Assembly (NCBI GenBank): GCA_002633005.1
Contig: NMRA01000007.1
Coordinates: 1,846,569-1,910,568, forward strand
Reading direction: 5' to 3'
Length of the DNA: 64,000 nt
From: Phoronis australis
Taxonomy: Eukaryota; Animalia; Phoronida
The position numbers were made by a program, and so were the translations under genes. The notes under the pieces are model-generated. The model worked only from the letters and a program-made list of their open reading frames with translations. It was not told where the DNA came from and ran no database searches. Numbering within the stretch: position 1 is the first letter of the stretch; each line of letters starts with the position of its first letter. This document shows positions 1 to 26,400 of the stretch, piece after piece.

Positions 1-889
1 AAAATCTCTTATCCTGGGCCGATTCGAAAAATTCAAAGTTGTACTCATATTTGTTTTCGCTCCTCTTTTCAAATATTACAGTAAAAACTACGTAAAACTC
101 TCTCCATAAAAAGTACAGTCTGCTAGCTAGATTGTAATCAGCTGATCATATCCGCATGAGTGAAGCCAATTATCCTCGCTCGTGACTCGATGACTAGAGC
201 AGCTTGGCGGTATCCCTTTGATCGTGAGCCGAGTGCGACTCAGCCAAGGTGGATAAATACGGTCTAGTTGAATTTTCCATACCCCACAGTTTACCTTAAC
301 CACTGGGGTTAGGACCAATCTTATTTAGTGGGAATGTTCATAGCATGCTTTGTTGCTTTATAGTAACTGGTCTTGGCTAATTATCATTTTATGGCGTGGT
401 CATCCATTCAGCCAAAAGTAGTTCCAGAGGTGGCTTATCAGCCAATTATTCACGCATGCTGACTCACAATAGAAGCCTGATAAGAGTGAAGGTGGACAAA
501 TGCGGTGTTCCTACAGTTTCTTGGTGGATGTGTTCACGACATGTTATTTTTTTAAATTTACTTTAAAATTATAAAACATGTACTTAAGCACATCCTTGGA
601 GCAATAACACAGTGTATCACATTATCACAGTTCATCCTAAGGATATACCAGACTTTAATTTTGTGGCAGTTTTGTTGAAGGATTTGTGTCCGAAATTCAA
701 TTACGAATTAAAGAACTTTTACCGTAACTCGCAAACGGGCGACAGAAATCCTTGAAATGAGGTCAAATGAATGTGCTGAAGACCTCTGCTTTTAGTTTGC
801 AATGAAATACTACAAAATTATCTCAGAAGAACTTAAATTCCTACAAGTTCAATCCCGTTACTCACTTTTTGCGCAGTGCACTTGTGCAC

Positions 890-1073
890 AAACAACTTCC
901 GAACTTCGCGCGACCTTTAATTTTTGCCACCAGATGGCAACGCATGCAGCAAGTGTGGCATTATGGGTATTATTACGTGGCATCCGAAAAGAAACTCAAA
1001 GTAAACGTAGTGCGGATTTAGTTGCGATTCTTCTTGGTTGAAAGGAATCCTCTTATCAGAGAAGTAGGTAATT
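890..1073 (+). promoter_or_regulatory. Probable SEC23 promoter and non-coding first exon (donor AG|GTAATT at 1068)
   Basis: CpG-enriched patch with an ETS-like ACTTCCG (~896) and a CTCF-like GCCACCAGATGGCA (926-939). The coding exon has an acceptor at 2830-2831 just before the ATG, so an upstream exon is required. The exact TSS is inferred. Confidence 0.5.
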
Positions 1074-1541
1074 GAGCTGTGTATTACTACTCAGTCGCAT
1101 GGTAATCATTTCATTTTGAAAAATGTTCTTCAATCCCTAAAATGTTCAAGTGTAGACATCCCGGCGACTTGCTGAGCTGATTTTTTACTAAGTTTTACTC
1201 TACTCGGTCTCTGGTTTACTTACACATGATATGTTACACGTCATAACCACCCAGAACTAGAGCAGTACATAAGACAGTAGTTCCCATGTGTGCTAGCTAA
1301 CGCTTGACAGATTCGTTACATGAAATTCTTCAAAGAAATTTGCGAAGTTCTACTTTAACAGATGACTGATGTTGAGAAACATCTTGCCTTGGCCTGCTTG
1401 GCCCTCGGGAAATTGGCTGTCGAAACTTAAATGGGAAGTTACTGAGAACCAGTCATTTGCTCTGAATAACAGGCACTAGTGGTGGTAATTGGTCAGCTAA
1501 AATGCAGGATTACCCGTTATTGGATTGCAAAAGAATCATCC

Positions 1542-1682
1542 GGTAATAGTTGGATACATGGGTTCCTGATTTGAGAACTGGTTACTCCCAATGGCACTAA
1601 ATAACACCTGTTATTCAATGGTAGTTATTAGTTTCTTTAATCATGAATTTTAAATCAGGGACCCATCTATCCAACTATTACC
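1542..1682. mobile_element. Short palindromic MITE-like element
   Basis: Perfect 15-bp TIR GGTAATAGTTGGATA / TATCCAACTATTACC. Related termini occur in the copies at 10303-10412 and 32466-32575. Confidence 0.7.
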
Positions 1683-2745
1683 AACCATCCTTGGTTCTGT
1701 TCCCCTTTTCCGTTTCTGTGAATTCCTGGTGTGATGGTGAGTCGATTAAAGGCCTCTCTTAATCGCTTGCTGACAGGAAATGTACTCCGTGGGTGATCTG
1801 TTTGGGCACTCAACTGACACATTTGCGGCCCAGGTTTGTCCGTGACCAAGTAGATTTGTGCAGAGTGCCCACAACTAAGGTAAGACCCTCGACCCTGATT
1901 CACATTAGTCTAAGATCTTGAGAGGCTGATGGGAGTTATGCTCACCCAAATAGGTGGTGATGTACCGGGCAGATGATCTTGCTTAATGAGTGACGCTGCT
2001 CAAGGACAAATTCCTAAATGCTTCCCAGTGTCGCTGAAGGGAAATTTTGTGGTGGCACAAGTGAGTGATGTTGCGATGTAGTGCCAGGTAGCTGTCCTGC
2101 TCTGCACAGTTGAGCGGAATGTTCTACAGTCAAATGAAGGGACTCTTTTCGCTAGTATGCAATTAATCTTTAGCCGATCTGTTTAAACACTCAGCTCATA
2201 TGCCGGTAGCCTGGATTGAAGTTCTTAACAGAAGAACAGCTCATGATTGATGCCAATATAACTTATTAAAAATTGCCGTTGAGTACTGCAAGTTGCCAAC
2301 ACAGACCAGTTCATTTTCATGCACTGTTGATGTTCTCAGAAATAAAACCTGAAAACAATCAGTGTTTCTATGTATTAATAAACCTGAATGAGGTTCTGAT
2401 GGGTTAAACGCAGAGCGAGGACTGGCCAAAGCTTCAAGGCTGAATCAGTTTTATTGCAGAAAAAAAAAAGAATTAAGATTGGTATCATTGTATGAAAACT
2501 ATTGCAATATGTGAGAAAACTTGCTAGAATAATTTTTACCACAGAGTCAAAAGTGTGGATACCGTCAAGGCAACATTGTGATTTTACTTTCTTTGTGTAC
2601 ACCCTGTTATTTTTATATTAATTAATTTATTTAGTTCACACAAGCTCAAAAATGTTACAAAAAACAAACAAGATTTAAAGTGAAGATTCGATAAAAAATT
2701 CAATTAAACCATAATTTCAGTTTGATGAATCTTTAGGTGACTTGA

Positions 2746-15839
<13,094 letters not shown>

Positions 15840-17439
15840 CAGTACCAAGGTTTATAGCTTTGTTGATAATGTTGAAAACGCTACATACACGTCGAGACTG
15901 AATAAAGGCTACACTAGCAATTGTGATAACATGCAGATGGTGAGGCGAGCTACAACATGCAACAGATGAAGGTTTTTGTCGGACATTTGCTCAGTGGGAA
16001 TAGACACAAGATGTTGAGAACTTTTACGTTTTCTTATAGTAGAGGTATATGAATTCTGAACATTATTTGATATTGTGTCTGTGTTTTGTTGATCTATGAC
16101 TAGTGCTGAAAGGATTAAGTTATATGGTGAAACTTTACAGGATTACCACGACTATATCTTAGATCAGTAGACGCAATAACTGTGGGAAAATACAAACATT
16201 CGTATTTATTATCACTTTGGAACATTTTTATTCATTTAGCATCATGAAAATAAATCTACAGACACATTTCTCTAATACAAGATCATCAACATATAAATAA
16301 CATTGCCAGACTATTCAACCATGACCCAAAATTTAACTACCACCATAGAGAATTCTGTATACAACAGGTTTCAGTGTGGTCATAAGGAATTACATTTAAA
16401 TTTACAAAATTGTATACTAGATTGAATCACGATTGTGTAAATGGAACAAAATGTGCGCTTACCAAAAAGTTGATCAATTTTTGAGTCAAAAATCATCCTC
16501 TGATGAGTCTCGTTTTTGTACAGTGTTTGTCAGTGTGCTGGAAAATACCCCCATCAGTAAGACATCATGACCCCATCGAGGAACATCAAACTCGAGGCTG
16601 ACTTAAATTTTTTAGTTCATTCAAACACATGTTGACTTCTTTTTGCTTGAACAAGGGGCTATCCTCCACATGATACCAACCGCAGCAAAGTAGAATCTCT
16701 TACTAGTTGATACAAGTGAATACAACAAACTTTTCACATCAAAATGCTAAACACAAAAAAACTGACAGCTTTGTGCGCAGATAATAAAGGCATACCTACT
16801 CTACATCTACCATACAAGCAACTCCATTTTGAAGCTTATTGTTCGACTAGAAATAGGTAATAAGTCTGATTTTAAAGCAGCAAAAACCCTTCTCCTAATC
16901 CCTGGAACTATCCAGATTGCTTTTCCAGTCAATCACAATTCAAGTAGGATGATTGTTTAAGTAATTTTTACCGAACACAACTCAATAGAAAAGAAATATT
17001 TAATAACTCTGAACACTTGCCGTTTCAGTATGACTGTTCAAGACTTTGAGGTCAAAGAAAACGTACCAGAGTCTCCGATATTTCAAAATCACCACTCGCC
17101 TCATTCATCAATCTTCAGGGCGTTAGTGATCAATTATGCAATCGAGAGACTAAACAGCTGATGCTAATGCCTGATTACGTCATTTTAGATAATGAAAACA
17201 CCCTGTAATAACTATGGCACTAATGCTGGTTGACACAGCCAACTCAACCATAACACTGCAAGTGAACTGCAGGGTTCAACACTTGGACACTCACAGCTCA
17301 CTGCACACATGAGCATAGCACTGGTTTTGTCACGAAGTCCTCTCACAAAAGTCCTGGATTAACGAAGGTAGCGACCAAATGTTTGTGCTGCCTTAATCTC
17401 TAATAAATATGCACAACACATTATCCTTTCGTGAATAAA

Positions 17440-20400
17440 TTAATGAAGAAACCTAATACTCATCTTCTGCTCTACATCCACTCTCTGCATGGCCTGCAAG
17501 ATAAGCAGACTATGAAAATATTACCACCATACTGCAACTAACCTTAAACAGAAAACGTTCTTCCCAGAAGCTGCCAACTGCAGGAGACACCACTAACAAA
17601 TTCATAGACAAGGTTTAGTACCCTCAGCCAGAAAGTAATTAATATCAAGCTAGGTATCCTAGCTAGCTTTGGCAGTCAAAGCCAAAATTTGAAGATGGCA
17701 CTTTCGCTAAATCTAAAGTCCTGTGTTTTAGTTCATGCAAAATAAAACACTCATCAAACTTGAATCAAAACTGACCAACTTCTAAGAACAATGAATATCA
17801 CTAGCAGTGCAATAAAACTTTTAGAATATTATCGTGTTTGCTTTGAAAAACTTAAATTTCAACTGTTTACCCAGTGTAATTGAACAAGCAGCAACATAAC
17901 GACCGAGATATAAGTTAAATATAAACACAAAGTGGGTCATTCAGATTCACAAACAATTGAAAATGAAGAATGCCTTACCTTACAGAATTCTTCAAAGGAG
18001 ATGGCCAGGTCCCCATCTGTGTCGGCTTCAGCAATTGTTCTGTCGGCTATACTCCCCAGCTGGTAAAAGAGAATGGCAATTATGCAGTGAGTCTTCACAC
18101 ATATAAACTCAAAAATTTGAAGTATGTTTTACATACAGAGCAGTTAAATAGTTCTTGAAAATGTCAAATACACGTACGTACTGTGCAAAGGAAGCACAGC
18201 ACAGGCACGTTCAATTAATATTTTGCACTTCATCAAAAAATTCAATCATTATTTAATGGATTACTGCATGACTTAAAGTTATGTAGGACTTTATTGACAG
18301 ATCTCTACATCAAGCCAAATATCTACAAAACCATAAAATTTAACTCAGCAAAAGTACACATCTTCTGAAAGAAGAAATTCTGTAAAATTTCATTTTTGAC
18401 AATCTGCCACTAATGAAGTCACTTGACATTGCTTTTGTACGAAAATTTAGCAAAAAAGAAAAGTACATTCATAGCAAAACAACAGGAACACTGATATGAT
18501 CAAATTTCGGCCATGCGCACATGTTAACGTGTAAACGCACCGACTAATGGCCCACTTAAACCTGAACACCACTGTTAAGTGTACAAATGAAGAGTCTGAC
18601 TCGATTTGCTGATACCAAAGGTGCACATTGCAAACTCACATACTGGCCAATGGTACAATTGGGGTTTGCATGAAAAGAAGCATAGCAGATTCTTTCCCAC
18701 TTCGCTTGATATCATGACAATAACCTGTTGCCACACACCAGGAATTCGCCCGAGGTTTGTAAGACCAAATGCTGGATTTCCACGGGCAGTGCTCTATAAT
18801 TAATGTGAGGTTACACAGCAAGATGGTGATTCTGTCCCACTTTTCTGCTAAGTTTGGAAATCCACAAGTGGCTTTTTGATAGAGTACAGCAATGTCAGGG
18901 CAGCAACAGGTGACTGCAGACACTGTACCTGCTCCTCCGAGATGTTGGCACCAACCATCATGTGCAAGACTGCCAGCAGCTCTTCTCGTGAGATCTTGTC
19001 GTCATTATCCAAGTCATACATTTTAAATGCAACTAGAATAAAATAGAAGATATCTAATGGCAACTGTTAAGAGTTCATCACTTACGAGACAAGCTGGAAT
19101 TTCAAATTAACACAGGGCAAACAGGATGAAAGTTCGAGCCATTGGCTTTTCACTCAGAATTTTGATACCAGGAAACAGCAACCGGTTGAGGACTACCACA
19201 GGACTGCCCTTTTCATACTCATCTGATTTAAGGGAGATAAACAGTTACATAATATGAAAAAGCTAGTCTCGAGGGCTTTGATAACGTAACAAATATCATG
19301 CTTGAAACAAAAAGTTAAATTTCCAGAGTTTAAACATAAAACGCTTAATGTCCAAAAGCAGGTAATGAAAATTTTGCAGAAGGCTCAATGCCTGAACGTC
19401 AGCTCCAGAAGACGGGGATGATCCACTCAGCTGGGCTGCTCACTAATGTCTTGGCCTCGCATCGTTTCAACCCATTTGACAAAATATTCGTAACCTGTAC
19501 TATATCTTATATACAGCTCAAAATCTCCAAAACACAAAGACTGTGCATGGCATTAAGAGATCGTCCATGGTAAAATATCACCAATTTCAAGCAAAAACAA
19601 CCGCCAAAATTCCACTTTAATAAATTTCTAAGGACTTCTAACATTGTTGAGAACATCAACAATTTTTCAAAATATTTTCAGTAGATTAAAAAAAATATGT
19701 TGAAAAATTGTTGAGATTTTACTGTAATTAAAATGGACTAATCGACATGATTTTGCAATGAAAATTGAACATTGGTAGCTTACACATCAACTTTTCACTC
19801 CTGGTATTCAGGGCATTTTCAACGTCCATCTTTTTCTTTGTGGGCCGGAAGCAAGCTAGAGTCTTCATGAACTGTTTGAAGTTCACCCGGTCTGTGTGAC
19901 TCTTTCTGAAAAGCAAAATTACAAAAGAATTTAAAAAGAACCCCAAACTGGTATTGACACAGTTTAAAGCTAGACTTGAAATGTAACAAATTTTCCAAAA
20001 TATGCATACTTACGAAGTTACTAGTTAATGATCATTACAAGGATAGTAAAAACCAAATGCTAAATAAACAGAGTTAGAACGAGATGATGATATTTGTGCT
20101 TTCTGACACAACAATCAACTTTTCCTTTATCACCAAGAAATTGGTCTCACGATGTTCATACTAGTCACATCATGGGCAATTTTTTTAGCTGGGAGAGAAC
20201 TTAGATTGTCATTGCTCGAGGTAAGGCTCTAATGGTTGGCTTGTCACAGAGGATCATTTTATGAGCAGTGCATGGTCTTGAGCAATAATAAAATCTCAGT
20301 TTTTCTACGAACCATTTCTCATCTGAGTAAGGAACAAACCGATACCAGTTTTACAGCTGCAGCAGTAAGCGGTATAAAAGAAGTTAGTTTACTCAATAGA

Positions 20401-23400
20401 ACAAGGGTTTACAGCATTATCTCACCAACTTAAGGAAAAATAACGGCCAAAATTGTGAGTGACCAGAAGTTTTCAGAATTGTGTGTAGCGGTAGGTATCA
20501 AACGAAACTTGAAAAAAAAAACAATGCAGACGGTCCAAAAGATAGACCAGACCCATTGCACAAAACACCGGATTTAAAACTCATGAAGACTCTTATGTAA
20601 ATATAGTCATTAGGATCTTGAACAAGGTGAAGTACTAAGTGTTATGTATCTTACATGAAAATATTGAAATATAAAATATCAGCTGTCAGCCATAGCTTAC
20701 TTTAAGTAACAAACAACATAATTATGACTTACCCTTCTTGAAAAAATGCATGCACAATTCTGTCTCCCAGTGGGTTGATTGCCAACTCTGGTATTCTGAT
20801 GAAATCTTCCCTCCTGGAGATAGAAATGGTACAAGTACACAAATGTCTGTTCACAGTTTGACGTGTTAAGCTTTCAACCATGAGTTTCATTACATATATG
20901 GTTATTCACACAAAGGATTGCCACTCAGGCCTTCATGCAGCGTACGTCCTGGGCGTCCAAATGGACGCCCCAGCACTAATATGGACGCCCTGGCAAGGAC
21001 GCCCAATGTATCATTTGGACGCCCACTGTCAATAGGAACCTTTCAAGTTTGGACACACACATTGTAATGATTACTAGGAAGCCTCTGAAGGCTCACAGTG
21101 GGGGCTCTTTTTCAAAGCAGGAAGAAATATACATTGTATATACTTTGTATATACAATGTTGCTATGCTCACACTTGGTTGATAGCATTGTAAAAGTCTTG
21201 GTCTACACCAATTTTTTATTAAAAATGCTCACTACAGAAGGCTGTTTTGTAAACTTAGATGAAAAACCTTGGTCTATGGATTTTTTTGTAAAAAAAATCT
21301 GTGTGTTTGGGGGGATTGCTGGGGATGGGGAGTTACGCGTCGGAATTATGGACGCCCTGGAATATTGGGAACCTCATTTTGGACACCCTATTTTCGAAAT
21401 CCTGGATGAAGGCCTGTTGCCACTCCAAATAGTATTCGTCAAAAGTGTTTTAAACGAAACTGACCAAACAAATACTCCTGTATGTAATACATGTTACACG
21501 AAGTAATATGTATATTACATGATGTAATAAATGTATTACACGATGTAATGTGTATAGTACATATATTACATGACGCAATGTTTACAAGTAAACTTATCAG
21601 AACCTTCATACATCATTCTTCTCTTAAGTGACCACATTCATCAATCCAAGTTTTACGTCACTGTGTAACAACAAAAAACAATCAACATAATTACAAATGT
21701 ACATGAAGACATCCACTCACTCTTAACATTTCTGGTAGCAGACAAAACACAATGTCGTTTCCCTTTAAACTAGGCTCTTATAGCAAGGTTTTGGCTTTTT
21801 AAAGCCAACTTACACTCACGTTTTGAGATATATACTTGCTCGACATCAAATGTACATTCAAATTTACAGCAGCATTGATAGTTTCTCTGTCATTTATAGT
21901 GGTACTTACCCTAGTGTTCCATTGTTTCCTTTGTCAAGACTAGTGAAGCGACTGTACAGACGAACAATCTGATTTCTAGAGACTGAAAAACAATACATGG
22001 AATTTAAATCTAACGTCACGCGACTGAATTACCCATGGAGATTAAAAAATACATTAGTAAAAAATCTCTCGAGTTGAGGACAAAAATGTGGTGGAAAAGT
22101 GAAATTCTATTTTCTCACATTTCTGACAAAAGTCTTTTCATTAGATTATGGTCAGAACATTATACACATACATAGTTGGTTAAGAAGCAGGACATCAGTC
22201 TTGATGTTCACATGTTGCTGTCTACCATATTTATGGCTTCGTCTTCAATGAAGGCACCAGTGCCAGTTTGGATGAAACAGTCCCAAATAGGGAGCAAACT
22301 AAGTTCCCTAAAATATCTGCATATTTGTGGACTTGTGAAAACACTGAGTCACCTTTCTTATGCTGTTTGAGTATCATTACTAAGCCAATTTTTGGATTTA
22401 ATACAAATCGAGAGTGAACTCTACGTAAAGTTCTCCATTATTGAAAATAAGTAGGGATCCTTTCATGCGACGCCCCTAGTTTAAGGACAAAGTCCCTAAT
22501 TATTTTTATTGAATTATGGGCTCAGGTTTTAGTTATATTATTAGACAATGTCATCAGACAAACAGCAGCTCATAATGAAGATAAAATGAAAGAAAAAATT
22601 TTACATTTGTGAGTAAATAATGAAACAAATACGCAGATTTAGGTCACTTAATAGAGTCCCTATTAGTGACTGTTTCGTGTAACCGGCTACTGAGCGCCAT
22701 GAGGAAATTTGACACTAATGTGACTAATGTTAATTTGCACAGAACTTTATAAAAAATTGTTAATGTCTTTAAAAGTAAGCATTTGGCTAACTGAAGTGTA
22801 TGTATTCACTCATTGTTTCCGCCACAATACTTGAATATCCGTTAATTATTCCAGTCAATCAACTTAGCAGGAGACTCGGAGGTCACAGTCAGTGAAAGGT
22901 TTCAGCTCAGTCATGCTAAATAGTACAATGCATTTCCTTGTTAACTATTGTCTGTACTCGGTTATATAAGAAATTAGTCATTGAAGCTAGCAGCATGACA
23001 TATGTCAGATGAATACACATAAACTGTACATAACACATCCTGCTTTGATGTTACTCACCACTGAAAACCGTAATATCCTTTCTGTTTCATGATTTAATGT
23101 TATGTGACAGGTAATGGTATAAAGTGAGTTTAACAAACACTGAGCAGGTGATAAAAAATGTGAACCTTTATTGACAGACCTACCAGGTAACAATCAAAAA
23201 CAGTGTCCAGATTTAAGACTGATACACAACTCAAACTACCATCTTCACATCTCACTTTCCAAATGGAATTATAGTAACTGCATGATTGTCAGCAAATAAC
23301 GCTCTTCTCTAGTTACTGTCAGTTTTGACTATTAGACTATTCCCATCTCAGAAAACCATATCTCTGTCTCACGTGACGTACAGTTGCTTAGCATTCCACG

Positions 23401-26400
23401 AGGATATGGTCAATACCTCCTCAGGTTTCTCATGTCGGACAGCACCCACAATTTCAGCCACGTCACCAACGTAAAATGGCCGGTTGATCGATTCGCTCAC
23501 ATGCGTCGAACAATATGGCGCGTTCGACTCCAGGAGCAGACGATTCCGCGGAATAGCTCTAACCGCACGCAATTGTTCTTCCTTAAAGGACTTCACAGTT
23601 GATGTCAGACCGAAGAAGCAGTTCGGCAGTTGCTCTATCCAGTGTTCCAAAACACTTTCATTGCCGTCAAATGAGACAAGGTGAATGTTCTTACCACGGA
23701 CACAGTGTTTTCTGATTAATCTTACGCAGGTGCTGTGAGCAGTGAAAGCATTACTCGCTGTGGACCGAACACGCACCATCAACACCTGACTGTAATTGCA
23801 GAGTACATCTTTGATCCATGTCTCTAAAATACGCTCAAACGCACTGGTCTGCGATTCCCACTGATCTGAAGGTAGGGTAAAGTCCAAGCCGATTTCACCA
23901 AGACAATGGACTCGCCCGTTGTCCATCAACTTGGCAAACTTTGGCCAAAATGAATCGGCAAGCAAATCGTAATGATCAGACTTCACCCCAAGAGCAACCC
24001 TCCACTTTGGATCAGCTGGGTATTCGATGTCATCGTAGAATTCGGGATCACAGAACACGGCAACTGCGCCAATTAAGTTAATGGGAAACGAAGCTGGCAC
24101 CACACTGCTTTCATCCAGGACATCGTAAACTGTTTTGTGAGTTGGATTATGCCATAACGCTCGCTTCAGTCGACTGAGATAGAAAAGGCAGTCAAAACCA
24201 TCTGTAGAGAGTGGAAGATCTGGCAAGTCCTCGAGGGTGTTAACAACAACTACTGGACTTTCTGGAGATGATGGTGGAGGGTCAACAATGTGTTGCTGCA
24301 GGTCTCGTTGAATGTGCTCAAGAACATTCAAGTAGTCTTTATGACACTTTCCAAGAAAGGCCAAGTAATCATCATAGTTTTTGGATTTGAGTTTATACAT
24401 GACAAACAAGAATACTCGCCAATGTAGCAAACAAGCTGGATGATTCAACCTTGGTCTCATTGTAAATTTAACATTCTCTATTAAACGCCATTTGATGGAC
24501 TTAAGCATTTCGCGCATAGCTTTTTCTCTCTCTCCAGAGATGGCAATCCTCCCATCAGGTAGCATGTTTTTTCTCATAGAAGGGTCATTGACATAAGCAT
24601 TCAGTCTGTACAATGATTTGGAACCGGTCAATTTCTCGGAAAGAAACTGCAAATTTCTAAACCGTAGCACATGCAGCTGCTTTACGTTAAACAATTCCGT
24701 TGTTTCATTTCCTTGAAACAACCTAGGAAAATGTTTCTTGTACACATGGCTCTTGATATGACGAGATGAGTAAGTACACCCTGGGGCAGGACATCGACTT
24801 CGCTTCCGCTCCTTCACAGGAGGAACCCAAATGTCCGCGCTCACTGACAGGTCTCCTCCCACACCAACTGACTCGACCAACTCTTTCCAGGGCATAACTT
24901 CCTTATCAAGCCAATCATTATCAAAAATTGCTCTTGCCTCTTTCCGAAATTCAACAATCCAGTCTTCTTCCTGGCTGTCATAAGCCCATCTAACTTGTGC
25001 TAAAGCCAGTCTTTGTTTAAGATGGTAGTTAATATCTGCTGACTTAAGCTTGGATATCAGTTCATCAACTGGATACAATGTCTTATCAAGAACAGCAGTC
25101 TTCACTTCGTCACAACACCAATCGCTGTTGGGAGTGCCTACAAGATAACCAAGAAGCACACGCTCAGAAATCCAACAAAGAGTCCCAACGAGAACTCAGT
25201 AATCCTGAACNTTTCTCTCTCTCCAGAGATGGCAATCCTCCCATCAGGTAGCATATTTTTTCTCATAGAAGGGTCATTGACATACGCATTCAGTCTGTAC
25301 AATGATTTGGAACCGGTCAATTTCTCGGAAAGAAACTGCAAGTTTCTAAACCGTAGCACATGCAGCTGCTTTACGTTAAACAATTCCGTTGTTTCATTTC
25401 CTTGAAACAACCTAGGAAAATGCTTCTTGTACACATGGCTCTTGATATGACGAGATGAGTAAGTACACCCCGGGGCAGGACATCGACTTCGCTTCCGCTC
25501 CTTCACAGGAGGAACCCAAATGTCCGCGCTCACTGACAGGTCTCCTCCCACACCAACTGACTCGACCAACTCTTTCCAGGACATAACTTCCTTGTCAAGC
25601 CAATCATTATCAAAAATTGCTCTTGCCTCTTTCCGAAATTCAACAATCCAGTCTTCTTCCTGGCTGTCATAAGCCCATCTAACTTGTGCTAAAGCCAGTC
25701 TTTGTTTAAGATGGTAGTTAATATCTGCTGACTTAAGCTTGGATATCAGTTCATCAACTGGATACAATGTCTTATCAAGAACAGCAGTCTTCACTTCGTC
25801 ACAACACCAATCGCTGTTGGGAGTGCCTACAAGATAACCAAGAAGCACACGCTCAGAAATCCAACAAAGAGTCCCAACGAGAACTCAGTAATCCTGAACA
25901 CATGCAGAGAATTCAGACCAATACAGATCCTTTGATGGAATCATCCTCAGCAAAGTCTTCTATTCTTGGCTCTTTTGCATCCATGGTTTTCTTGTCCTAT
26001 CTTGTCCAATTGGAGTTCAAATCATTCATTTCATATTAGAGTCTGACTACAGAAAAACACAAAAACTGCTAATGGGTTGAATCAATTAATGAGAAAACAC
26101 AACCTTATTACTGACAATATTAATTCAAATTGCAGACAAAAGTCAGAGCAATATTTGTTCCGAAACGGTGCATCATTTTCATCTACAACGTAGCAGTACC
26201 AACAGATTACAAAATCAGAAAGATAGTTGCCATGGAAGTAGATAAGTACCATATATACCAGAATTCTGTGCAACATTATGTACAAAACTGATTTTGAGTT
26301 TAATCAATCACTGAATAAAAGTAATGCATGTTATTAAGTGGAGGAAACTGGTTTTCAAAATCACAGACAAAAATATGTGACTCAAATATTACCTAAGCTC

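Noticed and set aside
21156-21506. Similar ORFs at 21156-21506 and 30198-30506
   Set aside because: Both lie in copies of a non-coding MITE and their frames diverge through indels.
25138-25848. 236-aa ORF that looks like a second tandem paralogue of the TatD-like gene
   Set aside because: It is the duplicated 688 bp ending exactly at an N, ~99% identical to the other copy. It is best explained as an uncollapsed haplotype.
25885-25887. In-frame TGA upstream of the nested ORF (...VQDY*VLVG...) as possible selenocysteine or readthrough
   Set aside because: I found no SECIS-like element or redox motif, and an in-phase acceptor downstream of the stop explains the ORF more simply.
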